Origin: Candidatus Woesebacteria bacterium RIFCSPLOWO2_01_FULL_44_24b
GTDB lineage: Bacteria; Patescibacteriota; Microgenomatia; UBA8517
DNA length: 40,916 nucleotides
NCBI GenBank assembly: GCA_001793235.1
Contig: MGHM01000002.1
Coordinates: 1-40,916 of the forward strand
Direction of reading: 5' to 3'
Of the stretch, positions 1 to 9,091 are shown piece by piece. Position 1 is the first letter of the stretch. Each line of letters starts with the position of its first letter. Under the pieces are notes generated by a model. It saw only the letters and a program-made list of their open reading frames with translations. It did not search any database and had not been told where the DNA came from. Both the position numbers and the translations under genes were made by a program.

Positions 1-60
1 AATTACTCTGGTCATACATACAATTATAAAGGTTTTGTATCGCTAGTCAATAATTATTTG

Positions 61-69
61 TGGTAAAAT
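61..69 (+). promoter_or_regulatory. Extended -10 promoter (TGgTAAAAT) 7 nt upstream of ATG 77; probably leaderless transcript
   Basis: TG-n-TAAAAT at 61-69; no SD-like sequence between it and the ATG. Confidence 0.55.
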
Positions 70-76
70 AAAGAAA

Positions 77-583
77 ATGAAAATAGCCATACTCTCAGAC
101 TCGCATGACCACATTGATAATTTAAGAAAAGTTCTTGAACAAGCAAAAGGGGCCGGAGCAGAAGCTGTAATTTTCTGCGGTGACATGTGCGCTCCGGCAA
201 CTGCAAAAATATTTGCTGAAGTGGAGCTCCCTGTTTATGCAGTATTTGGTAATTGTGACGAGGACCAATACCAGATTGCTCTTCGGGGTGGTGCGAAATT
301 CAAAATCGTTGGTTTGGCCGAAGAATATCATCAGATTGAATTGGGAAAGAGGAAAATCGCAATCTGCCACTACCCCAAGCTTGCAGATTTACTTTCCAAA
401 ACCGGTGAATATGATGCGGTCTTTTTTGGCCACACTCACCAGGGAGGGATGGGCAACCACGGCAAAACTCTACTTCTTAATCCAGGAGCTGTTTGTGGCA
501 TCAAGGATGGGAAATATGACGAAGCAACCTTTGCAATTTATGATACAGACACCAACTCCGCGGAGCTGGATGTAATCAAATAA
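77..583 (+). CDS. YfcE/MJ0936-family metallophosphoesterase
   Basis: Calcineurin-like motifs SDSH, GD, GNCD, CH, GHTH, NPG. Confidence 0.9.
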   Translation: MKIAILSDSHDHIDNLRKVLEQAKGAGAEAVIFCGDMCAPATAKIFAEVELPVYAVFGNCDEDQYQIALRGGAKFKIVGLAEEYHQIELGKRKIAICHYPKLADLLSKTGEYDAVFFGHTHQGGMGNHGKTLLLNPGAVCGIKDGKYDEATFAIYDTDTNSAELDVIK

Positions 584-611
584 ATCCCCTCCATTTCTGA
601 AGGGGATTTTT
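582..611. terminator. Intrinsic terminator between convergent genes, possibly bidirectional
   Basis: AAATCCCCT (582-590) pairs with AGGGGATTT (601-609) and is followed by T residues. Confidence 0.7.
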
Positions 612-615
612 GCTT

Positions 616-633
616 CCTACCTGCGTAGGCAGG
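616..633. repeat. Short imperfect palindrome CCTACCTGCGTAGGCAGG (REP-like)
   Basis: Near self-complementary 18-mer next to the terminator; resembles the CCTGCCTGCCGGCAGGCAGG type (recalled, not verified). Confidence 0.4.
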
Positions 634-646
634 CAAGACTTAAGCT

Positions 647-850
647 CTAAACTACTGGGGCATCAATGCCATCCCAAACGTCTTTGCTTACAAACTTTGT
701 GAGTCTTGATCCATCGACTTCGGCTTTCAAGGCATATCGCACTTGAGTTCCTCCGTCTTTTGTAGGTCTCTCGTACTTAGTTTTCTTAACTTGAGAAACT
801 GGTACCGAAACCTTGGCTCTCTTCTTTACATCGTAGAATTGTTGATCCAA
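647..850 (-). CDS. Small basic protein, Cc1/DUF5679-like putative nucleic-acid-binding protein
   Basis: 67 aa; FYDVK..K...RYALKA..G..LTKFVSK pattern; strong SD (GGGGGGTGA) before the TTG start; own promoter. Confidence 0.7.
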   Translation of the reverse strand: MDQQFYDVKKRAKVSVPVSQVKKTKYERPTKDGGTQVRYALKAEVDGSRLTKFVSKDVWDGIDAPVV

Positions 851-880
851 ATTGACTCACCCCCCTTCTTGGCTAAGCTT

Positions 881-910
881 AAAATAGTCTAGTTCACCCT
901 CACTTGTCAA
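881..910 (-). promoter_or_regulatory. sigma70 promoter for the 67-aa gene
   Basis: TTGACA (910-905), 18-nt spacer, TATTTT (886-881). Confidence 0.55.
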
Positions 911-931
911 GCACAACTTGCCTCAAACTGA

Positions 932-960
932 TTTACTTCACCCAAAAGTTCTAATATAAT
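932..960 (+). promoter_or_regulatory. sigma70 promoter for the VIT1 gene
   Basis: TTTACT, 17-nt spacer, TATAAT; 9 nt upstream of ATG 970. Confidence 0.6.
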
Positions 961-969
961 GGCTATATC

Positions 970-1470
970 ATGGCCTCAAGCAAAAAAGAGGAGTTTGCTA
1001 CTTACATTCGAAATTTTATCTTCGGAGTCGAAGATAGCCTAGTTTCTACGGTTGGGCTTCTCTCGGGCGTTGCTGCGGCGGGGCTCCCCAAACACGACAT
1101 CTTCCTGACCGGTATAATTCTAATTTTCGTGGAAGCGTTCTCCATGGGCGTAGGCAGTTATTTATCCGAAGAGTCTGCTGAGGAGTATACGCGTGCCCGG
1201 AAATCCCTTTCCACTCAAGGTGCATTAATTATGTTTTTCTCCTACTTTGCCGCGGGATTTATTCCCCTGGCACCTTACCTGGTGTTTGACGTGTCCCCTG
1301 CTTTCTTTATTTCAATTTTGTTGTCCCTCATGGCTTTGTTTATGTTGGGGCTGGTAAGTAGCAGGATTTTCCACACTGACCACACCATGAAGCACGGTGT
1401 CAGGATGCTCATCATTGGCGGCCTGGCCATCCTTGTGGGGGTTATTGTGGGGAAGCTAGTTAATGCCTAG
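970..1470 (+). CDS. VIT1/CCC1 family Fe/Mn transporter (short form)
   Basis: IFGVEDSLVST, EAFSMGVGSYLS and GFIPLAPY motifs; about 5 TM helices. Confidence 0.9.
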   Translation: MASSKKEEFATYIRNFIFGVEDSLVSTVGLLSGVAAAGLPKHDIFLTGIILIFVEAFSMGVGSYLSEESAEEYTRARKSLSTQGALIMFFSYFAAGFIPLAPYLVFDVSPAFFISILLSLMALFMLGLVSSRIFHTDHTMKHGVRMLIIGGLAILVGVIVGKLVNA

Positions 1471-2658
1471 CTACTCGTATCTAATTGCTTCAATAGGCGT
1501 TAAGTTTGCGGCTCTTCGGGCGGGGAAGACTCCAAAAAATATGCCAATTGCCGAGGAAATACCAAGTGCTACGGCGACTGCCACGGCATCAAGCCCCAAG
1601 GGGAAGTAGGGCTGAACTATTAGCACTACCAATGCCGCCAAAGCCAAGCCCACTATTCCTCCTAAAAGAGATAGCAAAACGCTTTCGGTCAGAAACTGGA
1701 GTAAAATATCGCGCTTTGTGGCGCCAATTGCCCGCCTGATGCCCACTTCCTTGGTGCGCTCAGTTACGTTGGCATACATGATGTTCATAATGCCGATACC
1801 CCCGACGACCAAGGAAATCGAGCCAATGGCAATCAGTACCGCGTTGACGACACTGATAATCTGGTTAATTGTGGCCAAAAGCTCCTCTTGTTCACTAACC
1901 TCAAAATCGTCCTCCTCGTAGCGCTTGAGTAACTCTTTTTCAACAAGCTCCTTGGCGGCCGCCACCTTATCCTCGTCAGCAACCCCGACATAAATTGCAA
2001 AAAAGGTCTTTCCCGGATTTAGGTTGCCATAAGTAGTTCTATAGGGCATCAAAACTGCGTTATCAAGCTGATCGTCCCCTACATTTTCAGAAACGCCAAT
2101 AACTTCATATTTTTGGTTTTGCACTTTAATGTCCCGGCCCACTGCGCTTTCAAAATCGCCAAAAAGCTTCTCCGCCAAGCTCTTGCCAAGAACCACTTTC
2201 TTCGAACGCCCTTGCATATCCCCCTTTGTAAAAACCTCACCAGCCTCAGCGTCTATGCCATACAGACCAAAAAAGTCATCGCTTGTTCCCATTACGTAGC
2301 CGAATTCTTCCTCTTTCCCTGCAACAACATCAATGGCCTTCATAAACACTGGAACCACATATTCCAGGTCCCCAATTTTCTCAAGGGACTTAATGTCCCG
2401 TTCGTCAAAGTCCGCACCTCCCGCCAAGCCCGCGCCAAAGCCCTGAGAAAAGCCGCTGCCGGGCAGAATAATAATAAGATTTGTACCCAAATCCTCAAAC
2501 TGCCTTGTAATGTAGTTTCTTAGTCCCAGTCCCAGGGAAATGAGCATCACCACGGAAAAAACCCCGATAAGAATGCCCAAAGAAGTAAGCCCGGTCCTAA
2601 CTTTGCTTCTGCCAAAATCCTTCAAAGCGGTTCTAATTAAAAAAGTAAAATAATTCAT
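1471..2658 (-). CDS. MacB/FtsX-family ABC transporter permease
   Basis: LTSLGILIGV, GGIGIMNIM, ERTKEVGIRRAIGA, PARRAANLTPIEAIRYE. Confidence 0.95.
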   Translation of the reverse strand: MNYFTFLIRTALKDFGRSKVRTGLTSLGILIGVFSVVMLISLGLGLRNYITRQFEDLGTNLIIILPGSGFSQGFGAGLAGGADFDERDIKSLEKIGDLEYVVPVFMKAIDVVAGKEEEFGYVMGTSDDFFGLYGIDAEAGEVFTKGDMQGRSKKVVLGKSLAEKLFGDFESAVGRDIKVQNQKYEVIGVSENVGDDQLDNAVLMPYRTTYGNLNPGKTFFAIYVGVADEDKVAAAKELVEKELLKRYEEDDFEVSEQEELLATINQIISVVNAVLIAIGSISLVVGGIGIMNIMYANVTERTKEVGIRRAIGATKRDILLQFLTESVLLSLLGGIVGLALAALVVLIVQPYFPLGLDAVAVAVALGISSAIGIFFGVFPARRAANLTPIEAIRYE

Positions 2659-2664
2659 AAATTT

Positions 2665-3339
2665 TTAATACTTTTTGACAATCATCCCGTCGCGGACGAA
2701 AATCTGACGGTCGGTCTTTTTGGCAACATACTGATCGTGCGTCACAATAACAACTGTCACTCCTAAGTCGCGGTTCAAAGTCCCCAATAACTTTAATATT
2801 TCCTCGCCTGTTGCCGTGTCAAGGTTACCCGTTGGTTCATCTGCCAAAATTATCTCTGGCTTCATGACCAAGGCTCGCGCAATGGCCACACGTTGCTGCT
2901 GACCCCCCGAGAGCTTGTTTGGATAGCTCTCAGCTTTTTCGGAAATAGCAAACTTGCGAAGTAGCTCCATGGCATAATCGTGTGGATTAAATTCCAGTTT
3001 TTCTTTTGCGTATTGGGTGGGCAAAAGCACATTCTCAAGAACCGTTAATTTCTGAATCAAATTAAACTGTTGGAACACAAAGCCGATGTAGTCGCCCCGA
3101 AGCTTACTGATGTCCGCGTCCTTAAGTCTTCCCGTGTCTTGGCCGGAAATTATCACCTTTCCGTTAGAAGGGCGATCGAGAAGTCCAATTATATGCATAA
3201 GGGTCGACTTGCCGGACCCGGAAGTGCCCAAAATCCCGACATATTCTTTTCGCTTTATAAGAAGGTTAATATCCCGGAGCGCGTAAAAGTCACCATCCGC
3301 AACTTCGTAAACTTTGTTGACTTTCGTAAGTTGTATCAT
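2665..3339 (-). CDS. MacB/LolD-type ABC ATPase
   Basis: Walker A GTSGSGKS, LSGGQQQRVAIAR, ILADEPTGNLD. Confidence 0.95.
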   Translation of the reverse strand: MIQLTKVNKVYEVADGDFYALRDINLLIKRKEYVGILGTSGSGKSTLMHIIGLLDRPSNGKVIISGQDTGRLKDADISKLRGDYIGFVFQQFNLIQKLTVLENVLLPTQYAKEKLEFNPHDYAMELLRKFAISEKAESYPNKLSGGQQQRVAIARALVMKPEIILADEPTGNLDTATGEEILKLLGTLNRDLGVTVVIVTHDQYVAKKTDRQIFVRDGMIVKKY

Positions 3340-3347
3340 GCATTTTG

Positions 3348-4358
3348 TTAGTCAAAAACCTTCTCGCCTTCAGAAATGTCCCCTTTAATCTCAACCCGCT
3401 CTTCGCCTTCAATGCCTACTTCAATATATTTTTTGTCCTTACCGCTATTAACTAAGACATAATCCCCCTCGCCATCGCTATTTACAAAGTCAGCGGGCAC
3501 ATAAAGGACGTCGTCCTTTCGAGAGAGAATAAATTTCGCATCCCCGGTCATGCCAATTTTATATTTGAGTAGATTGGTGAGGTCCAAAGAAAGTCTAATC
3601 GGGTAGACCGTTCCGGTCTCAACCGCGTCTGGAGCTATTGACACTGAAGCAACGGTTGCGTTTACGGCTTCGCCATCAAACGCATCCAAGACTATTTCTG
3701 CAGTGTCCCTCGGCCCAAAAAAAGCAACTTCGGTTTGGTCCGCTAGAACCTCAAAATAGAGAGTCCCGGGGTTAACTACAGCCACCTGAGGCGTAGCTGC
3801 CGTGATGTTTACACCGGGAGATTCGGAATTAACTATCGCAACAACCCCGTCAAACGGGGCAACAAGGGTGGCATCCTGGAGGTCTTTTTGAGCAGACATC
3901 AAGGCATCCCATGCTTTGTCGCGTGCGGTTTCGGCCGCGGTGCGATCGTTTTTTTGCGCAAAGGTTTCGCCGCTGTCATTTCCTTTTACATCATCCAAAA
4001 CTTCCTGCGCGTTGGCCTCAGCAGCACGATAATTGGCGCGAGCCGCTTGATAGAGGGCGTTGAGTTTCACCGTGTCAAGCTTCATTAAAGCCTGGCCTTT
4101 TTTTACTTCCTCTCCGACTTTAACTCCAACCCAAGAAACGGTTCCTGAAGTATTAAACTGCAAGCTGGCATAATCCGTGGCGCTTATTTCGCCTGTTAGA
4201 ACCAGTTCTTCCTCAACTGTCCCGCGCTCAACTGTTGCTTCCTGAGTCGCGCCATTACCACTGGCGCGCGCGCGAAGCACAAAAAAACCAATGGCCAAAA
4301 TTATGATTATAACTAGCGTCAGTTTTTTATGCGCACGAAGCCATCTAAAAAGTCTCAT
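3348..4358 (-). CDS. Membrane fusion protein (MacA/HlyD-type periplasmic adaptor)
   Basis: N-terminal TM helix; lipoyl half-motifs VKVGEEVKKGQ and LVAPFDGVV flank a helical hairpin. Confidence 0.92.
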   Translation of the reverse strand: MRLFRWLRAHKKLTLVIIIILAIGFFVLRARASGNGATQEATVERGTVEEELVLTGEISATDYASLQFNTSGTVSWVGVKVGEEVKKGQALMKLDTVKLNALYQAARANYRAAEANAQEVLDDVKGNDSGETFAQKNDRTAAETARDKAWDALMSAQKDLQDATLVAPFDGVVAIVNSESPGVNITAATPQVAVVNPGTLYFEVLADQTEVAFFGPRDTAEIVLDAFDGEAVNATVASVSIAPDAVETGTVYPIRLSLDLTNLLKYKIGMTGDAKFILSRKDDVLYVPADFVNSDGEGDYVLVNSGKDKKYIEVGIEGEERVEIKGDISEGEKVFD

Positions 4359-4384
4359 AGTCAGTATTGTACTCCGCCTTGAGG

Positions 4385-5236
4385 CTAAAGGGAAGAATTA
4401 TCCAGCTCTTCGAATTTGAAAAACTGGTTTATATATTGAATATTGTCTGGCTCTAATGCAAGTTGACCAGCGCGGGCATATGCTTCAAGTTCGTCTGGGG
4501 TAAGAAAACTCCACAAATTATAGCCGACAAAGGATGAAGTTAATCCCAATGCCGCAGTATTAAATACTCGTCGCGATATTTTAGTTGCCTTTGAACGCTC
4601 GATGTTTCTTAAATCCTGTTTATCGGACAGGTTGTTGCCTACAATAATCCCTCCAGTCATTGAAGTAGTCAGATAACTCAATTTCAATATGGACCCATTG
4701 TCTTTCAAAATCCCACCGCGCGCGTCCTGCCATAAATGGACTAGTTCATGCATTACTGCAGTGTGCGAGTTTAGTAGTTTCTGGGGATCAACAGTTAACC
4801 CTGCTTCAAAATAATCACCAAGCATTGCTTTCGAAAATTGTAGCATCGGCGAATCACTTAGCCTAGATGGAACGTAGCTCGCATAATGATTAGTCTTCGC
4901 CTGATCCAATACTATGTGAAGCGGATATTTATCAAGAAACGTGTTTAGGCTATCCACTCCACTTTCTTCGTTGGCAATGTGAGTCAAAGTTTCAAGAAAC
5001 TCCAATTCGTTGACCCGGACAGAATATTTCTTACCTGCATATTCTAATTCCATGTCCTCCCCCGCAACGAAAACTCCAGATCTTTCTTGCCAATTTAAAA
5101 TGGAGTGCTCCTTGTTGATTGATTCTCTTATTCCATCTTTGTTGATCATCCATAGACCAACGGCTTCTATAGAACCTAATCCTAGAGTGGCTAGGAAATC
5201 TCTTCTCGAAAATAATTTAGGAGTCTCGGCACTCAT
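4385..5236 (-). CDS. Hypothetical membrane-anchored zincin-like metallopeptidase
   Basis: HELVH (HExxH) with downstream ELEAY; SRRDFL plus hydrophobic N-terminus; start codon overlaps the rpsI stop by 1 nt. Confidence 0.65.
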   Translation of the reverse strand: MSAETPKLFSRRDFLATLGLGSIEAVGLWMINKDGIRESINKEHSILNWQERSGVFVAGEDMELEYAGKKYSVRVNELEFLETLTHIANEESGVDSLNTFLDKYPLHIVLDQAKTNHYASYVPSRLSDSPMLQFSKAMLGDYFEAGLTVDPQKLLNSHTAVMHELVHLWQDARGGILKDNGSILKLSYLTTSMTGGIIVGNNLSDKQDLRNIERSKATKISRRVFNTAALGLTSSFVGYNLWSFLTPDELEAYARAGQLALEPDNIQYINQFFKFEELDNSSL

Positions 5237-5640
5237 TATCTCTTTGGAGATTGCTTTTGTTTGCGAGCTCTTCCGCCGGTTCCAACCATTCTTCGCTCAC
5301 GCTCGCGGGCATCGCGAGTCAAAAGGCCTTCGCTTTTTAAAACACTTCTAAATTTCTCCGGGTTAAGCTTAGTAAGCGCTCTAGAAATACCATGAATAAC
5401 AGCCGTAAGCTGGCCATCTTTGCCGCCTCCCAAAACTCTTGCCGTAATATAATATTTACCCGTGGTTTTGGTCAGCTCAAATGGTTTCTGCCATAAAGCT
5501 GCCATGAGCTTCCCCGGGAAGTACTTTCCAATCACTTCTTTATTAACCAAGCTTTCACTACTTCCTTTGTAAAGCCTGACCCGAGCCGTTGCAGACTTTC
5601 TTCTTCCTATTGCGTATGTATAATCTGTCTTTTTTGCCAT
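5236..5640 (-). CDS. rpsI: 30S ribosomal protein S9
   Basis: GRRKSATARV, GLLTRDARERER, QSPKR. Confidence 0.98.
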   Translation of the reverse strand: MAKKTDYTYAIGRRKSATARVRLYKGSSESLVNKEVIGKYFPGKLMAALWQKPFELTKTTGKYYITARVLGGGKDGQLTAVIHGISRALTKLNPEKFRSVLKSEGLLTRDARERERRMVGTGGRARKQKQSPKR

Positions 5641-5641
5641 A

Positions 5642-6022
5642 TTACCTCTCGACCGTCAGCCTTCTCATTCTGCCGGACTGCAAACGATTCTTGGGAAGCA
5701 TCCGCGAAACCGCGAGTTCTATCACTCTTTCCGGCCGCTCGGCTATAAGCTTTGCAACCGCCACTTCTTTAAATCCTCCAGGATAATTTGAATGCTTTTG
5801 GTAAACCTTTTGGTCAACTTTTCTACCGGTTAATACCAACTTGCCGGCATTTTTGACAACTACCGAGTCACCCATATCAATATGAGTGGTATAGCTTGGC
5901 TTGTGCTTGCCCATGAGGAGTGTAGCCACACGGCTTGCCAAACGGCCCAAGGGCATACTGGCTGCATCCAGCTCGTGAGACTCTCTTTTAATTTCTTTTG
6001 TTTTTATTTGGTACGTTTTCAT
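5642..6022 (-). CDS. rplM: 50S ribosomal protein L13
   Basis: LGRLAS..LMGKHKPSYTTHIDMGD, MLPKNRL. Confidence 0.98.
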   Translation of the reverse strand: MKTYQIKTKEIKRESHELDAASMPLGRLASRVATLLMGKHKPSYTTHIDMGDSVVVKNAGKLVLTGRKVDQKVYQKHSNYPGGFKEVAVAKLIAERPERVIELAVSRMLPKNRLQSGRMRRLTVER

Positions 6023-6401
6023 TTTTCTTTTTCTCTTCTTCAGGCATTTCTACCCACGAGAGACTTACCATTTCTGCACTGTCTCCACGTCTTGGCGCTA
6101 AATTAGTTATCCTCACATACCCGGAATTTCTTGAGCTCGCCAAAGCTCCATACTTTTTGAAAAGCGCGTCCGCTGCCTTTTTGTCATTACCCAGCTTTCC
6201 CAATGCCTCTCGCCTGGCAACAAGGGAATTATCCTTAACAAATCCAATGAGCCGTTCAAGCTCGGGGAGAACTGCCTTTGCTTTAGCTTTGGTAGTTTTA
6301 ATACTGCCATGAGAAATCGTCTCCTTCGCCAGTGAGCGAAAAAGTATGTTGCGACTTTTTCGATTTCGCCCAAGTTTTTTACCAAACACTTTCTTACGCA
6401 T
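5988..6401 (-). CDS. rplQ: 50S ribosomal protein L17
   Basis: KLGR, IKTTKAKAK, SGYVRI..RRGDSA. Confidence 0.97.
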   Translation of the reverse strand: MRKKVFGKKLGRNRKSRNILFRSLAKETISHGSIKTTKAKAKAVLPELERLIGFVKDNSLVARREALGKLGNDKKAADALFKKYGALASSRNSGYVRITNLAPRRGDSAEMVSLSWVEMPEEEKKKNENVPNKNKRN

Positions 6402-7308
6402 CGCGCAGCTGCACTCCTTTCGTCTTCAATGCCTCATTTATGACGTCTATGGACTTCTCTCCTAGATTTCTAACTTTAGTAAGCTCTGAACGCTCGGCAC
6501 TGGCCAACTTCTCAACTGTATCAAAACCGCTTTTTGCCAACGCATTGGCCACTCGTGTAGGAAGGCCAATTTCCTCAATCGAGAGTTTGCCAATTGGCCC
6601 TAGAGAATCTTCCTCGGTAGTAGGTGCTGCTTCCTCAACCTTTTTAGGGTTTACTATCTGCTCAAAATAAGAAAGCAGTATCTTTGCCGCCTCGGTTAAA
6701 GCATCCTTTGGCGCTATGGTTCCGTCTGCCCAAATCTCAAGAATCAGCTTGTTGTAATTGGTAACCCGACCTACGCGTGTTTCTTCTACTTTAATAATTA
6801 CACGCTCAACTGGCGAAAATCTTGCATCCAAGGGGATTGCTCCCACGCCTTCCCTTTCCAGCTCGTCAGCCATGATGTAGCCAACTCCTGTTGCGACCGA
6901 CATCTCAGCATTAAGAGACGAGCCATCAGCAAGGTTTGCAAGAACCAAGTCGGGGTTCGCCACACGGACGTTGGCAGGCACTACCAAGTCAGCTGCCTTT
7001 ACTTCACCGGGGCGCTTAACCGAAAGACTCACAGTAGCTTTTTCGTCTCCCTTATATTCAAACCGGACTCTCTTTAAATTCAAAAGAAAGTCAAGTACAT
7101 CTTCCTTCATGCCTTTGAGTGTCGAAAACTGATGTTGTACTCCTTGAATTCGCACACTTGTTATTGCCGCTCCCTTGAGACTCGAGATTAAAACTCGGCG
7201 AAGTGCCGTCCCAATAGTGTCTCCATAGCCCGCTGCAAGCGGCCCAATTTCAAATTTTGCGTAATTGTCTTTTTGTTCTTTTTCTTTTATTTCAAAAATC
7301 GGATCCAT
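6394..7308 (-). CDS. rpoA: RNA polymerase alpha subunit (start reassigned to MDPIF at 7308)
   Basis: GYGDTIGTALRRVLISSL, RNLGEKS; SD-like GGGGGTGGTGA upstream of 7308. Confidence 0.97.
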   Translation of the reverse strand: MDPIFEIKEKEQKDNYAKFEIGPLAAGYGDTIGTALRRVLISSLKGAAITSVRIQGVQHQFSTLKGMKEDVLDFLLNLKRVRFEYKGDEKATVSLSVKRPGEVKAADLVVPANVRVANPDLVLANLADGSSLNAEMSVATGVGYIMADELEREGVGAIPLDARFSPVERVIIKVEETRVGRVTNYNKLILEIWADGTIAPKDALTEAAKILLSYFEQIVNPKKVEEAAPTTEEDSLGPIGKLSIEEIGLPTRVANALAKSGFDTVEKLASAERSELTKVRNLGEKSIDVINEALKTKGVQLRDA

Positions 7309-7363
7309 AAATATCACCACCCCCCTAATATTGCCGTAAAATAGACTAGTATGGTAGTATATC

Positions 7364-7966
7364 TCATCGTGAGTAAAACTCAATAATGTCTTGGTCTTCA
7401 ATGGGTTCAGTAACATCTTCACGAACCGGGTTTCTCACAACTTTCCCGGCGCCGCCCTTTTTCTTGAGCCAAACCGGCGGCTTTATGTCACCTTCCTTGA
7501 CAAGTTCCTTAACTTTCGGAATATTAAAGGCTTTCTCGCTTAAGGCTATTGTATCTTCGGGCACAACACGATACGACGGGATATTAACTTTTTTGCCGTT
7601 TACCAAAACATGCCTGTGGCCAACCATTTGCCTAGCTTGCTGGCGAGTAGCGGCAAAGCCCAGTCTGTAGACTGTGTTGTCCAAGCGTGACTCAAGGAGC
7701 TCAAAAAGTTTATTAATAGTATTTCCTTTGGACTTCAAGGCCAAGGTTGTATAGCGCATAAATTGTTTTTCGGTGAGCCCATACATTCTTTTTACTTTCT
7801 GTTTTTCCCGAAGCTGGCGGCCGTACTGAGAAGTTCGAGAGGTAAAACCTTTTGGCCCGTGAACACCTGGCGGAACACTAAGCCTTGTCAATTTGGCTCC
7901 TTTGCCAAAAAGGTCAAAGCCCTCGCGCCTGGATAATCTGTCTTTTGGTCCTGTATAGCGTGCCAT
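7364..7966 (-). CDS. rpsD: 30S ribosomal protein S4 (start reassigned to MARYTGP)
   Basis: MARYTGPK, QLREKQK, LESRLDN, IIEFYSR. Confidence 0.98.
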   Translation of the reverse strand: MARYTGPKDRLSRREGFDLFGKGAKLTRLSVPPGVHGPKGFTSRTSQYGRQLREKQKVKRMYGLTEKQFMRYTTLALKSKGNTINKLFELLESRLDNTVYRLGFAATRQQARQMVGHRHVLVNGKKVNIPSYRVVPEDTIALSEKAFNIPKVKELVKEGDIKPPVWLKKKGGAGKVVRNPVREDVTEPIEDQDIIEFYSR

Positions 7967-7982
7967 AATATTAGCTTTCAGC

Positions 7983-8342
7983 TCAAGCTCTCCTCTTTTT
8001 CTTTGGCCTTGGCCCGTCATAGGGCATCGGCGTGACGTCAGCAATCAAATTTATTTTGACTCCGGTAGCTTTAATCGCACGAAGTGCCGCATCGCGGCCC
8101 GGCCCTGGTCCCTTGATATAAACTTCCACTTCTTTCATCCCTTTTTCATTTTTGACTTTTGTAATGACCGTCTCCACTGCCGAAGTGGCTGCAAAAGGTG
8201 TCGCCTTTCTTGTACCCTTAAAGCCGGCTTTCCCTGACGAGCCCCAAGCAATGGTGTTGCCTGCCTCATCAGTCACCGTCACCACGGTATTATTGAAACT
8301 GGCAAAAACATAAACTTTTCCTACCTGTACTTTAGCGGCCAT
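7983..8342 (-). CDS. rpsK: 30S ribosomal protein S11
   Basis: ASFNNT, GFKGTRKATPFAA, KGPGPGR. Confidence 0.98.
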   Translation of the reverse strand: MAAKVQVGKVYVFASFNNTVVTVTDEAGNTIAWGSSGKAGFKGTRKATPFAATSAVETVITKVKNEKGMKEVEVYIKGPGPGRDAALRAIKATGVKINLIADVTPMPYDGPRPKKKRRA

Positions 8343-8752
8343 TATTCTTTCTTCTCCTGTGCCTCATCCGGGGTTTTTGTCATCATTTCTTTTCTAAACG
8401 ATCCTACGGTCTTTCGCTTGCCTCGCTTGGTGCGGGCATTACTACGGGTCCTTTGGCCCCTGACCGGAAGCCCCTTACCATGCCTGATGCCTCTGTAGCT
8501 TGCGATATCTTTAAGTCTTTGGATATTCCCCCGAACTGAGCGCACCAAGTCCCCCTCTGTGGGGTACTTCTCAAGAGCCGCGGTGATTGCCGAAATTTGC
8601 TCAATAGTCAAATCCTTGACTCTACTATCCGGTGTAACTCCCGACTCTCCTAACACCTTAACCGAGCTACTCCAGCCTATACCCTTTATCCGGGTTAGGG
8701 CCCAGTCGATTCTTGCATTTTCTGGTAATTCAACTCCTGAAATTCTAGCCAT
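8342..8752 (-). CDS. rpsM: 30S ribosomal protein S13
   Basis: [22 protein letters not shown]. Confidence 0.98.
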   Translation of the reverse strand: MARISGVELPENARIDWALTRIKGIGWSSSVKVLGESGVTPDSRVKDLTIEQISAITAALEKYPTEGDLVRSVRGNIQRLKDIASYRGIRHGKGLPVRGQRTRSNARTKRGKRKTVGSFRKEMMTKTPDEAQEKKE

Positions 8753-8753
8753 A

Positions 8754-8867
8754 TTAGCCTTGTCTTTGCTTGTGCTTAGGGTTCACACAAATCACATAAA
8801 GCACCCCTCGGCGCTTGACCAACTTACAGTCTTTGCAAATTTTCTTTATTGATGAGCGTACTTTCAT
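8754..8867 (-). CDS. rpmJ: 50S ribosomal protein L36 (Zn-binding type; not in the ORF track)
   Basis: Manual translation [37 protein letters not shown]. Confidence 0.97.
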   Translation of the reverse strand: MKVRSSIKKICKDCKLVKRRGVLYVICVNPKHKQRQG

Positions 8868-8877
8868 AAATTATATT

Positions 8878-9090
8878 TCAAGCTTTGCTTATAATTCTTC
8901 CCCGGTTTTCATCGTATGGCGTGAGTTCAATCTTAACTCTCTGCCCCGGCATGAGTCTCATAAAGCCTCTCCTCATTTTGCCGGATGGAACACCAATAAT
9001 TTCGCGCCCCGCTACCGCTACCCTAAACATTGTGTTTGGCAGAATCTGGACAATCTCCCCGTCAATTATCGTATTTTTCTTGTCATCCAT
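8878..9090 (-). CDS. infA: Translation initiation factor IF-1
   Basis: LPNTMFRV, SGKMR, ELTPYD..RGRI. Confidence 0.97.
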   Translation of the reverse strand: MDDKKNTIIDGEIVQILPNTMFRVAVAGREIIGVPSGKMRRGFMRLMPGQRVKIELTPYDENRGRIISKA

Positions 9091-9091
9091 T

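Noticed and set aside
7309-8044. Longer starts for rpoA (7422) and rpsD (8044); likewise rplF 13485, rpsC 16814 and ruvX 37423
   Set aside because: The extensions overlap upstream genes or repeats and precede the conserved N-termini, so the downstream ATGs were chosen
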